Both the position numbers and the translations under genes were made by a program. Below the pieces are notes generated by a model that made no database searches, was not told where the DNA came from, and worked only from the letters and a program-made list of their open reading frames with translations. Positions 36,970-49,274 of a stretch of DNA of 64,000 nucleotides are shown here, one piece after another. Source of the DNA: Hyaloraphidium curvatum SAG 235-1 (Eukaryota; Fungi; Monoblepharomycota); contig JAIVFI010000003.1 of assembly GCA_025558095.1 (NCBI GenBank), positions 62,001 through 126,000 on the forward strand, in the 5' to 3' direction. Each line of letters begins with the position of its first letter. Position 1 is the stretch's first letter.

Positions 36970-39900
36970 ATGCCTTCTTCGGAAGATTTGCCGCCCGCCG
37001 TCGCCGCCCTGCGCGCCTCCCCGGACCTCCTCCGCGACGTGGACCTCGCGGCCGCGCCAGGCAGCCCGCTGGCGGCATTCTGGCTCGGCGCCGTCGGCGC
37101 GGATCGCATCTCGCGGCACATTGCCGCCTCCCGCGCCGGCACGGCGGTGACGGCCACGCTCTGCGGGCGGACGGCGCTGGGCGGCCCCTCGGGCGTGTCG
37201 TCGTCGGTGCAGGGCGGCGCGGCCGCGGGGATCCTGGTCCAGGCGATGGAGGACGCCGCGGCGACGGCGGGCCTGCCGGAGGAGTGGGGATCCTACCGGA
37301 TCGCGAAGCTCGGGGTCGTCTACACGGCGGGGGTGCCTGGTCCCGGATGGGTCGCGGCCGAGGGCGAGGTCGTCCGCACGCCGGAGGGTTCGAGCGAAGC
37401 AGTGTCTTGCAAGGCGCGGATCGTCGATCCGGACGGACAGGTCTTGGCAACCGCCACCTCCGAATGGACGATCAAGGAGCCCGGGCTGGCGTTGCGACGC
37501 CTCGACACCGCCCACGCGCCCCTCCCTCCGCAAGTGGCCGTCTCCATCGCCAAGTATGGCGAACACAGTATTCGCATGGTGGCCACCAAGCTGCTCCACA
37601 GCATCGCCCCGAATTTCGTGCTAGGGCGACCCCGAAACCCACTATTACAACCACTACGGGCGGCACTACATGGATCTGCGGCGCCGTCGTCATTTTCGAG
37701 TGGGTCGCCTTCGCCGCTCCGCACACACGCGGACCGCCTGAACACCCCGGCCGGACAGCGGATTCCTCGCTTCCATGACCATGGTCCACAGCAACAGCCT
37801 GCTCGCGACGGCGTTCCTGGACCTGGAATTTTCGCCCCGTCGGCCGAAACGGGCTCCGGGTGGGTGCACGGCACGGGGCGGGTCACTGGCACTGAAGGCA
37901 GGAAGACGCACTCGAGCGCGACGTTCGTGGACGGGGAGGGGAGGGAGGTGATGCGGGGCGCTGCAGTTCGCCGGACGTGGCTTCCCTGGCAAGGCCGCCG
38001 ACCGGCTGTCGAGCGACGTGGAGGTCTTGGACCCCAAGGAGCCCTGGGTGGAGGCGGAGATGGGCCGCCTCAACCACCGGGAGCCGTACGGGGACCATGA
38101 CATTCCAGACCTCCCCGCCGCGGCCACCGTGGCTGATGCCTTCCCGGGTGCTGATGATGAGGAGACGCGGGTCAAGATCTACGACCTGCTCCTGCAGAAG
38201 CTTGGCACGACGGGCAAAGGCGTCGATGGTGTGTCCTACCGCCGGCTCCTCCGCCAATTCAACTGCCGTGCGGACGCCTCTCGGGTACGCTTCCACACGC
38301 CAGTGAAGTTCATCGAGCTGGTCTTTTCCGGCACCTTCCTCGCACCCTCCCTGCGGAGTTGGATCTCCACGATGAACGGCGTCGCGCTCTCGAAACCAGG
38401 CCGGCCGGGAACTGGGCGCCCCATCGGGATTGCCCTCTGTCTGGTCCGCCTGGCGGGATCGTGGATCGTGGACTACTTGAAGGAACACGTCTCACCCGAC
38501 TCTGCCAACTCGGACGGCTTGCGCTGGCTCCTCCATGCCGACGACCAGGGCTCCTACGTCCCCGATGGTCCGGCACTCCTCTATCGCACGATCCAGGCCT
38601 TGCTGGCGATGGACCCGGAGCTGGTGGCGCTCAAGCTGGACCTGAGAAACGCGTTCAACTGCCTGCCGCGGCGTCTGGTCTTCCGTTGGGTTCGCCAGTT
38701 CCCCTCGCTGATTCCCTTCTTCCGGACCTTCTACGGTGGGCCATGCCGGATCATCTACCGTGACATCCTGGGCCAGGCAGTGTTCTTCGCCGTTTCGGCC
38801 GAGGGCGTGATCCAGGGCATGTCGGAGAGCGGGGTCGTCTTCGACGTGGTCTACAGTTTCCTGTTGGCAGCAGTGCGTGCTGCGCACCCGGCGACACGGA
38901 TCCTCACCCTGCACGACGACACCTACATCCTGGGCCGCCCGGCAGCCGTCGTTGCCGCGTACGTCTCGCTGCTTGAAGTCCTGGAGGAAAACCAGCTGGC
39001 TGTCCAGCCCGGCAAATCCGCGCTGTACGTGGCCGACATCGCCTCGCTCCTCACCCCGGTCGAAGGCCACGCCTCGCTGGCTACCTGGGCCTCGGCCACG
39101 GGCATCCCGTGCGTTAACGAGGCTGCCAACCCCGTCGAGCGCGGGTTCCTTGCTGGTGGACTCCCTGTCGGCTCCCCTGAGTATGTCGAATCGTTTCTCA
39201 AGCAGGCATGCAACTCGACCATGGATCTGGTTCGGACCGTGGTAAACAAGTGCGAGGAGTGGCCGCTCGAGGTGGGCTTCCCAAAACGCCACGGTCTTTA
39301 CACCGTGCTTCGCCTCTGCGTGGCCAGCCGCCTCATCCACGTTGTCCGTGGTCTCCCTCCGCGGTTGACCATCCCCCACGTGGACGCTGTCGACTGGTGC
39401 ACCATGCGGGGCCTACTTCTTCTTGCGGGCCACGGAGAGCTCGCCGCCCTGCCCAACGCGCGTTGGCAGTCTCACAGCCTGCTCCGCCAGCTCCGCCGCC
39501 GCATCTTCCTCTGGCTCGATGGCGGCGGCATCGGTTTCTTGGAACTGGCCCGGCTCGCACCCTTTGCGTTCGTCGGCGCCCACGCGCTCTCTGGCGTGCG
39601 GTTACGCCGCCTCATTGGGCTGCGCCGGGCCGGTGACTCCTACACCATCGCGGAGGACGTGCTTAGCCGGCTCACCGCGGACCTGGACCTTGCGCTCACC
39701 GCAGTCCGTGGCGCTGGGCTTGCCGAGCCCGTGCTTGCCTCGCTCTCCGCGTCGGGCATCGAGCTGTGGATGGCTTCCATCGGCGCCAAAGGCCTGCAGC
39801 ACGAGTTGTACCGGGCACAGCTGGCCTGGATCCACCAGGCCATTCTGGCGGACCTTCCCGCGGGCTCCCAGCAGCGCGCCATCTGGCTTAGCGTCAAGGC

Positions 39901-40893
39901 CGGCCACTCGGGTGCCTGCCTGGGTGCGCAGTGCTTGGAGAAGGGCACCGGCCTGGACGACGAGGCGTTGCAGCTGAACATCTGTACCGACCTCGGTCTC
40001 CCTGCCCCTTGGCTCTCGGCCCTACCATCGCAGATGCTCTGCCCGCTCGGGTGCACTGTCGACGACGGCAGTGGCAGGCAGGTCACACGCATCCTTGCGC
40101 CGCGGGGAGCCGACTTCCTGCACGCCTTCACGTGCCCGATAATGGGCAAGGTTGCGCGGCACAATGCGCTTGAATCTGCGTTGGCGGATGAGCTCAAGGA
40201 CAAGCTCGCCTCCCGTGGCGTGGTCGTCGACCGTCGTCATCGTGGTTACCTTGAGAATGGGTTCGTGCCCAAAGACACCACACTTGCACGAGCCCTGGAC
40301 ATCGGGAAAACCTCGACCGACATCGTCATCCGCCGCGTGGGCGCTCGTTCTGACCTCGTCGACGTCACCGTTGTTACCCCCAGCGTCACGGCCTCGCGCT
40401 AGACGGACTCCCGCAACGAGACCTCGCTCCTGCGCCGCGCTGTTCAGAAGAAGGCGACGGCCCTTGCCAACCAGTTCTACGTTCCCGATCCCCCCGTGCA
40501 CAACCTCGTTTGGTTTGCGGTCTCGACCTTCGGCCGCCTGCACGACGTGGCGGACGAACAGCTCCGTGTTTGGTCTCGAGAGATCTCTCCCCCGCGCACC
40601 AAATCCGACGGCAAAGACTGGGATGTCGATGGTCTCATGGCCCGCCAGACCGGCCGTCTACGCGCCGTTGTTCAGCGGGGGCGCGTACTGGGTTGCCAAC
40701 AGCTTATGAACAGGTTCAAGGAAGCCTGTACCCGGCAGCTCGGCGGACATCTAACCCCTCCCCTCTTCCCCGAATTCAATGTATATGGCGTGACGTGATG
40801 TATCGGGGTTGGGGGGCGCTCAGCGCCTGTGATAGAGATCTGATGCGGGGTTCGGGCATGTTTGTGGCGTTCGCGCCGATGCCGAAGCTTTAG
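36970..40893 (+). pseudogene. Double hotdog (PaaI-like) thioesterase gene interrupted by a retrotransposon
   Basis: VQGGAAAGIL..KLGVVY..ARIVDPDGQVLATA. The second domain ..GRKTHSSATFVDGEGREVMRG resumes after the insert as SGMFVAFAPMPKL* (40851-40893). An additional frameshift lies near 37830. Confidence 0.8.
37959..40840 (+). mobile_element. 5'-truncated non-LTR retrotransposon, CRE-like (RT + CCHC + restriction-like endonuclease), 10-bp TSD
   Basis: Frame 37961-40798 with one internal TAG (40400-40402). RT motifs GVDG, RPIGI, KLDLRNAFN, GVIQG, LHDD, GLPVGS, GGIG; then CPLGC..HAFTC, RHN, TD..VDVTV, FAVSTFG. TGATGCGGGG at 37949-37958 and 40841-40850. Confidence 0.92.
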
Positions 40894-42029
40894 GTCCTGC
40901 GGACCGGCAAAGGGGCGGGGTTGCAATAGAGCCCGTAAGGGCACTTTTGCGTGGATGCGACCTCAAGGAGGATGCTGTGATTGGGAGGCTAGAATATGAG
41001 GCGCCTTCTTCCTTCCTCTCAGGATCGCATTCGGCCGGAAGCACTGGTTGACGGATTTTGGCCGTGTGGCAGACCCAGACCCGGTCTGCCCGTACACGTC
41101 ATCACGGGGATTGATAGAGCCTCCCTGAGGATCCGGACGCGGGCATGGACTCGTGGATCGGGACTTGGGTGAGCTTCGGGGGACGATCTTGGGTAGCCGA
41201 TCCGTAGGCGCCGATGTATAGGCTCAGGCACGGCTGCGCCTCATCAGGCACCACTACATTTCGTTGGCCTCTTTTCCTTTCGCCTCACGGCGGACAGCTC
41301 AGACTACTCCCGGTCTGGGTCTGTCACAGCCGACTCCCACTACTCGGGCTTACGGTCTGCATCATCGAGTCACCTCCGACATTTTTGCACACGCCCCGAG
41401 GGGGGACCAAAGAGCACGCCATGCGGCTTTCGACGAAACCAGGCAGCCGCAGCGGCCGGGCTCTCGGCCGCCGCTACCTCACCGGCCGGAGGCGCGCGCG
41501 GGCGCTTCCCGACGTGCGCTTGCCGCCCCCCGCTGGCGCCACTTTCCGCGCCGCGGCACCACATCGACCGTTCCGCACTTTCCGGCCGGTGGCGCGTTTT
41601 GCGTCGGCGGCGGCGAAGCCCGCGGCGAAGCGGCTCGTCGGCCCCTGCGGCGGATATCGCCCGGCCCGGAGGAGCGCGGCGGCACCGTCGCTCGACGACC
41701 CAATAATTCGCGATCGCCATTTTATGATCCGCACGCCGTCTTGAAGTGCTTTTGGACAGGCTCCGGAAGGGCACCGTTTTAGGCTCCGTCGGGCGGGGGC
41801 TGGGGCAGGCGGGCGCGTTTTTCGGGCCTGCACCCGCGGGCTTGCAGCTGAGGGAAGGGGCCCGCGATCGCCCTCCAATTGGAGCAAGAGCATCCCTCGA
41901 TCGCGATCGTGCACGGCCGGGCCGGGTTTCGAAGGACCGGTCGGACCCCCGCGGAGCGCAAACGGTGGTGTCAGGCGGGCCTCGGGCCCAGAACACGCCA
42001 GGCCCCGCCCACCGGGACGAGGGACCGCG

Positions 42030-44231
42030 ATGGCGCCCCGCGGCGCGACGCGGGTGGCCTGCTTGAGGTGCCAGGAGGCCAAAAAGACATGTGTGCCCTC
42101 GCCGGACGGCGGGCCGTGCGAGCGGTGCGCGGCAAAGGGCGGCGAGTGCGCGCCGCCCGACCCGGCGCTGCCGCGGCGGGCGAGGGAAAAGAAGCGGCGG
42201 GCCGAGCGGTGGAACGCGTGGCGCGGGGCAAAGGGCGGAAGCGCGGACGGGGAGCCGCGCGAGGAGGAGGCCGGCAAGGGGGCGCGGGCAGCCAGGGCAC
42301 CCGGGGCCGGCGCGAGGACGCCCTCGCCGGGCACGCCGGGTGACCCGTCGACGCCGTCGGACGCGTCGTCGGCGTCCTCGCCCGCCGCCCTCGTCGGTTG
42401 GAGCCGCGGGCCCGGCTCGCCGTCCGTCTCCTTCTCCTCGGCGCACGCCGCCTTACCACCCAACCCCCAAAACTCCTTCCGGTGGCCGCCGGGCCCGCCT
42501 CACCCCGGTACCCCGCAGCACGTGCCCGCTGCCGTCTCGACCGGCCCGGCGGGTGCGAATGCGCGGCTGCTGCCCGCCCTGGCCGCCTACTTCGAGTGCT
42601 ACCACGCCATGACCCCGCTCGTGCACCGCCTCTCGTTCCACGAGGCCTTCTCGGGCACAGGCTCGGTCGTGTACGGCAAGATGCCACCGCTGCCGCTCAT
42701 GTACGCCATGGCCGCAAACGGCATGCGCTACGTGGCGGACCCGGTCCTCTCCTCCGCCGAGCGGGTCCGCATGGGCCGCTTCTTCTGCGAGCGCTCCAAG
42801 GACGCGCTGCTCGCGGGTTACTTCGGCTCGGGCAACACGGGGACGACGGACCTCGAGGCTGCGCAGGTGCTCTTCCTGCTGTACATCTTCGTGACCACGG
42901 AGCAGTCCCCCGCCTCTGCGGCGGTGCTGCTCGAGCGCGGCCTCGAGGTCATCCGGCACATCCTTTCGGACCCACTGCAGCGCCTCGCCATCATGGGCGA
43001 ACGCGCGCCGCTGGACCCGGCAGACTGGCTGCGGACGGAACTGCTGATCCGGCTGTACGCAAAGTTCTCGCTGTACGAGGCCGCGGCCTCCCATCTCATG
43101 GACCGGCCCATGGGCTACGATTTCTTCGGGACCAAGCTCGTGCTCCCCGTGCACGACGGCGTCTTCAACCTGCCCGCCGCCAGGGCCTTTTTGGGCTTCC
43201 AAGGGCCGGCCGGCGCGACGGTCCCCTGGATGGTGGCCGATTTCGGCGCGGTGGCCCGCAACCCCGAGGACCCCATCGCCGCGCACCGGCTCACCACGGA
43301 CATCTTTTCCTCGGTCTTTTCCCGGCGCGCGTCGCACCTCACCGCCGTCCTCTTCCTCGCGTACCTGCGCTCCTTCCGTCAGCGCATGCGCCGCTTCGTC
43401 ACCGCCTCTGGGATCGACACCCTCGAGCTCGCGTCCCGCCCCGCTGGCTGCCCGGAGTCCGCCGCCGAGCGTGCCTACCGTCGGCAGGTCGCCCTCTTCG
43501 ACGCCATGGTCTCGGCCTCGACGGCCTGCATCCCCCCCGAGCTGGGCAAGCCCCTCGCCGCCGGCGACCCCCGCCCCCTCTACCTCGCCGCCGACGCCTA
43601 CTTCAACGGCTTCCCGCACGCGCACGCCTTCGTGTGCACCTACATCTCCCTCCGCGCCATGTCCATCGAGAGCTGGATCTCCGCCTCCGTGCCCGCCGAC
43701 CCCCCGCAGGGCTTCCTCGGCTCCCCGGCGTTCCTTTCCACCCTCGAGAGCGCCATCGTCGTCTCGGCGCTCGCCCGCGCGCAGCTCGCCGGCGAGCCGG
43801 GGCTGCGCTGGTCCCGCCCCTACAGCGCCGTGCCGCTGCTCCGCGTCGGGGGGCTGCATCTGGCCGCGGTGAAGCTGAGCGGGGGCAACGCGGGGGTGAG
43901 GCAGGGGGCGGAGGAGGACGCGAGGGCGGTGTGGAGGTGGTTGGACGTGATGGGGGAGACGCACAGGCCGCTCCGTAAGTCGCGCCGCCTCCGCAGATGG
44001 CACGTGTTTGGCTGACCCCGTTCCCTCCCTCCCCTCCCCGCAGTCCGGATGTTCGCGGACAACTTCCGCCGCATGATGGCGCTCGCCGGGGTCACCCCCT
44101 CGACGCCGCCGCGCCCGCCTGACCCGGGGGAGGAGGACGAGGAGCCGAAAGGGAACGGGTACGAGGCGCCGGGGACCTTCAGCGGGACGGTGCTGGCGGT
44201 GGAGCGGTGGACCAAGCCGTTCGTGAGGTGA
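42030..44231 (+). CDS. Zn2Cys6 transcription factor with fungal-specific TF domain (paralog 2)
   Basis: ACLRCQEAKKTC..PCERCAAKGGEC; YHAMTPLVHRLSF; intron 43975-44043; ends WTKPFVR*. Confidence 0.92.
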
Positions 44232-44879
44232 GGGCGGGCAAGGGGGTGGAGCTCTAGCGCGGGAGTGGGATTGTGCAGTGTGGAATGGACGAGGTGGTTC
44301 GCTCGTGATTTTTTTCCCCACCTCGCCTATTCTGGCGCCTTGTGCACACGCCGATCGACCTGAAGAAGAGCGCAAAGGAGGATGGCTAGTTGGTCAATCT
44401 CGCACCGTGCTGCATCCCTGTATCCTGGAAATACCTCCATAAATGGCAACCGCAGGAGCACGCAGGATTCATGCAAGGGCGGAAGTCGTAGGCGGCGACG
44501 GCCGATCGCGTCGCTGCCGGTGCAGAATAGCACGTCGATCGTGTAAGCTGCAGCGCTCGGGCAGTGCAGGCCTTCTCGGCACCTGCCAAAGCAATGGAAC
44601 CGCCCGAAAGCGCGGCGCCGCCGGCGTTCCGCCTGTCCGCCCTCCAATGGGCGGCGCTGTTCCCGACCGCACCCGCGGCGCCCGACGAGTCGCGGCTCCT
44701 CCCGGAGACGCCCGACGAGGCCGCCGCGCTCCGAGGATCGACGCCTCAGAAAACGAGGAGCTGGGGAACGGCACTGACGAATTCTGCTTGCCGATTATGG
44801 GTGAAGGTTAACGGGAGCTGAGGCTCTTTTGCACAACCCCCGCCGCGCTTTCACGATCAAAGCTCTTTATTTCGAAACG

Positions 44880-46065
44880 ATGTCGCGCCCCGGAACCCGA
44901 GCCTGGCGGCGGCGTCTGCAGGCGGCGGCGGATGCGGTGCTGCCTCCCGAGCTGTTTGCGCTGGTCACCTCGCATCTCGCGCCCGGATCGCGGAGCCTCC
45001 TGGAAATGATGCTATGCTGTCGCGACGTCTACGAACTGCTCCTGCCGCACCATATGTCCCGCTTCTGCCTCGGGTGGCTTCGCACGGACCGGGCGAAGGC
45101 GACCATCGATGACATGGCACGGCGCGGCGCCCGCCCTGATCCCGGTCCGCGATCTGGTCGTACCGCACGTTGCACAATACTGGCTCGAGAGCCCACAGTT
45201 CGACACAACGATCAGACCTCTTCTGCTCCGGGGATGCACACGGCCTGGTTCTCGACTGTCACGGCTCTCGCTTTCCTTGCACGACAGGGAACTCGCGGCC
45301 TCATTTGCGACGCTTGACCTCAGCCTGCTCGACGAGCTTACTCTGATTGCACATCCGCATTTCAATCTGGGCCCTGATTTCCATTTGCCTCCGCTTCTGC
45401 ACCTGCGCCGTCTGGTTCTGAGCACGAGCTCGAACTCGTCGGGCTGTCCGGAGATCCTGCGCTGCTTCGAGTCGCGGTCACATTTCCCTGCACTCCAAAC
45501 GGCAGAGTTGGATCTTTGGTTTCATTCCGCTGCCAATGTTTCATCGATGCCGCGCTGGCTGCTCGCTCTTGCCCACTCCTGGACGGCACGCGAGACCGAC
45601 ACACTGGAGGTGCTCGCCGACGTCAAAAGCTTCACACCCAGGACGCTCCGATTCGAGGGCCATCTCTTCGACAACGAAGGCTTTGGTAGCTTCTCGCGCG
45701 TCGTGCCCAGGATGCGCGGGTTGGAGGAGCTCCTTCTGCGAAACGCCGGATCCGGCGTCTTCACGGACATAGCCCCTCCGCCTCCACCGTTTCAAGCGGT
45801 GCGAATCGGCTCGGTTGAGATTGTTGACGTGCGGGATCTGCGGGCATGGGACGTCGATCGGGCGCGCAGGAGCTGGATGAGGAATCCTCCGCTGCGATTC
45901 GTCGTCGACGATCATGTCGATTTCCACATGCACAGTCTTTCGACTGCCGCAGATGTGCGCAAGGGGCTCGAAATGGTCAGCTTCCTTCGCGAGCTGGGGA
46001 TGCTGGACGGGCCGGAGATCAGGGGCCTCACCGAACTCGAGGAGCTCGCGGCATGGGATGTCTAA
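44880..46065 (+). pseudogene. F-box/LRR-like family member D, frameshifted by a 4-bp duplication
   Basis: LPPELFALVTSHLAPGSRSLLEMML..; CGCC is duplicated at 45128-45135, and removing one copy restores RRGA-LIPVRDL and the full frame. Confidence 0.85.
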
Positions 46066-46498
46066 GGCGTTCGGGGCGGAAGGCAGTCAGAGAAACGTCC
46101 TTGTTCTCGTAATGTCCGAGAAGGCAATGAAAAGGCAAATGGCTGCTCTCATTCAACGTCCTCGCTTGTTACATTGGATTTTCTCGACGTGTGCTACGCT
46201 GTGAATGGACTGTGGCCGCATGAGGCGGAGTGCCGCTCACGGCCCCACAGATCGTCTATCGGCCACGGGCGGATTCCCATCAACCTTACACGAGCCTTCG
46301 ATTTCTGGGCTGGGGACGATCGTGCCATATTCATCGAGCGGAGGTTTTCTGCGGCCACCGCTCCTGCTTGGGTTGCCGCCGCAGCACCGCCCGGCCCAGA
46401 CCCTCTCCCCGCTGACGATCCCCTCCGGGATCGGACGCCGACCCCCGCGGCCGCGTGCCCGCAGCCTCGCCTTTCCCCCGCCGGACGGCGCCGCGGCG

Positions 46499-49217
46499 AT
46501 GGCAGGCCCGGGCGGCGCGGCCACGCCGGGGCGCGTGGTGGCGGGCGCGCCCAAGTCGGTGTTCGACGACGTGCCGATCCTCGTGCTCCGCCTGTGCGCC
46601 ATCGTCTACGCGTCGATCGGCACCGTCGGCAGCTGGGCCGTGTGGGAGCTGACGCCGGCGCCGCGGCGGCTGCGCGCCGTGGCAATCACCTCGGCGTGCG
46701 CCGTCGCCGGGTTCTCGTACTTCGCCTTCAGGCTCGCGTACCGCCCCACGCTGCCGTCCAACGCGCTGTTCCACGTCTTTGTCTCGGTGGTGCCGTACAT
46801 CGCCTTCCTCACCGCCGTCGTCGCCGCCTCGCCGCTCTCCCTGGGGATCATCGCGGCCTACCCAGTTCCGATGGCGATAGCCGGGGTGCTGTTCGACCCT
46901 TCCGTCACCGTCTCGGCCTGGGCGTCCTCAGTGCTCGCAGTCTTCTTCACCTCGTGGGCTGAGGGCGGCACGCTCAAGGCCGCCATCTTCTGCACCACGG
47001 CCGACGCCGTGGCGCTGGCCGTGGTCGCCTGGATCACGGCCGGCAAATCGGTTCGCCACCGAGAAATCCAGGCCGAGCTGCAGGCCTCGCGCGAGGTCAC
47101 CGTGGCCGCCTTCGAGGCGTCTGTGGACGCCATCTACCTCTCGGACTCCTCCACCGGCAGGATCCTCGAGGCCAACAAGGGCTTCGAGCGGCTGTTCGGC
47201 CTGCGCCGCGAGGACGTCGTCGGCAAATGGACCTGGCAGATGCTGTGGACGGACGACGAGCAGCGCGACGCCTACGAGACGGCGCTCACCATCTCGGGCG
47301 GCCACGTCTCGTCCTTCCGCGCCGAGCACCACCGCCGCGGCGCGGGCCCCTTCTGGGGCGAATCCTCCTCCACCGCTCTCGACCTGCAGCGCGGCAAGGT
47401 GATCCTCACCACCACGCGGGACATCACGGCCCAGGCCTCATACGAGGCCATGCTGCTCCAGGCGAAGCAACTCGCCGAGGCATCCGCCAGGGCGAAATCC
47501 GAGTTCGTCTCCAACATTTCGCACGAAGTGAGGACCCCGATCAACGGCGTGCTCGGCGGCATGACTCTGCTCCTGGACACGGACCTCTCGGATGAGCAGC
47601 GGAGGCTCGGCGAGACGGTCCGATCTTCGGCCGAGTCCCTCCTCGGCCTGGTCAACGACGTCCTGGACCTCTCCAAAGTCGAGGCCGGCAAAGTCGAGCT
47701 GGAGCACCTCGATTTCGACCTCGCCGCCGTCGCCGGCGAGCTCGCCGCGGCTTTTGCCCCCCGCGCGCAGGCCAAGGGCCTCGAGTTCTCCGTCCTCCTC
47801 GCCCCCGGCACCCCCCGCAGCCTCAACGGCGACCCGGGCCGGCTGCGCCAGGTGCTCGCCAACCTGTGCTCCAACGCCGTCAAGTTCACCGAGCGCGGCC
47901 GGATCGCCGTGCGCGTGTCTGCCGCCTCCCCACCCGCGGCGGGCGCGCGCACGGTGCTGATCCGCTTCGAGGTCCGGGACACGGGGATCGGGGTACCCCC
48001 TGCTGCGCGCCCGGGGCTGTTCCGCAAGTTCCACCAGGCCGACACCTCCGTCACGCGGCGGTACGGGGGCTCCGGGCTGGGTTTGGCCATCTCGAGGGAG
48101 CTCGCGGTGCTATTTGGGGGCGAGATCGGGGTGGACAGCGAGGTCGGCGCCGGCTCGACGTTCTGGTTCACTGCGAGGATGGGGTTGGGGGAGGCGCAGG
48201 GCGCGGAGCCCGAGGGGCGGGGTGCGGCGGTGGTCCTCGAGACCGAGGCGGACCAGCTGGAGGCCATCCAGGCCGAGCTCTCGCGGCTGGGCATGGCGGT
48301 GCTCCCCGCCTCGGGCCCGGAGGAGGCCGCGGCGCTCGCTTCCCGTGCGGACGTGCGGCTGGTCCTCGCCGAGGACCGGGAACCGACCCGGCTGGGCATG
48401 CAGCTCGTCGGCAGGCTGTCGTTCGCGGGGTCGGGCAAGGACCCGCCGCTGGTGGCGCTGGTGCGGCCGGTGGCGCTGCAGGAGAAGGCACCCTCGCTGG
48501 CGGACGGCCGCCCCGCGCGCACGCTCTTCCGCCCCGCGCGCCCGCTCGACCTCCGGAGCTGCGTCGCCTCCCTCGCGGGCCCCGCGGGCGGAGGCAGGCC
48601 CAACGGCTCGCTCCCGCGCAACAAGTCGTACGAGCCCGACCCGCTGCTGGCGGAGGCGCGGGTGCTGGTGGTGGAGGACAACCCGGTGAACCAGCAGGTG
48701 GCGCTGGGGCTGCTCAAGAAGATGGGGATCCGCGCGCGGGCCGTGTCCAACGGCCGCGAAGCCGTGGACGCCGTCGCGGAGGCGGAATTCGACCTCGTGC
48801 TGATGGACGTGCAGAGTAAGTCCTGCAAAGCGGCGTCATCTGGTCGTCCGCTCACCCGCTGTCGCCGCAGTGCCGGTCATGGACGGCATCGAAGCCACCC
48901 GCGTCATCCGGCAGCTCCCGTCCCCCTCCGCCCGGCGCGTCCCCATCATCGCCATGACCGCGCACGCCCTGCAGAGCGACCGCCTGGCGTGCCTCGAGGC
49001 CGGGATGAGCGCGTATCTGACGAAGCCGATCACGTTCCCGCGGCTCAGGGAGGCGGTGGAGAACTGGGTGCTCCGCGGCGGCGGGGAGGACGGGGAGGTG
49101 CGGAGGCTGGGGAGCACCGATACGGACGTGACAGTGGCCGACCTCGCGGATCGGGTGGCGGTGGCAGAGGTTGTGGGCGATGCGGGGTCCCTGGAAGGCC
49201 TGCGCAGGAGAGTCTAG
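46499..49217 (+). CDS. Membrane-bound hybrid histidine kinase (TM-PAS-HisKA-HATPase-degenerate REC-REC)
   Basis: H-box FVSNISHEVRTPING; N-box NLCSNAVKFT; G boxes DTGIG and GGSGLGLAI. Receiver VLVVEDN..DLVLMDVQ/MPVMDG (intron 48816-48870)..KP. Confidence 0.95.
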
Positions 49218-49274
49218 ATCTTGCTCAGAGAGGACGTAGATTATCTGTGTCAAATACCCAGCTTTGATGTATCT

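Noticed and set aside
36721-38100. 459-aa ORF as an intact gene
   Set aside because: It is a chimera: a thioesterase start, an off-frame middle, and a tail read out of frame from the retrotransposon.
38018-40402. Group II intron, retron, DGR, telomerase or LTR-element RT
   Set aside because: The C-terminal CCHC/RHN/RLE motifs, the TSD and the 5' truncation fit a non-LTR element. No LTRs, integrase, RNase H, domain V or template/variable repeat pair were seen.
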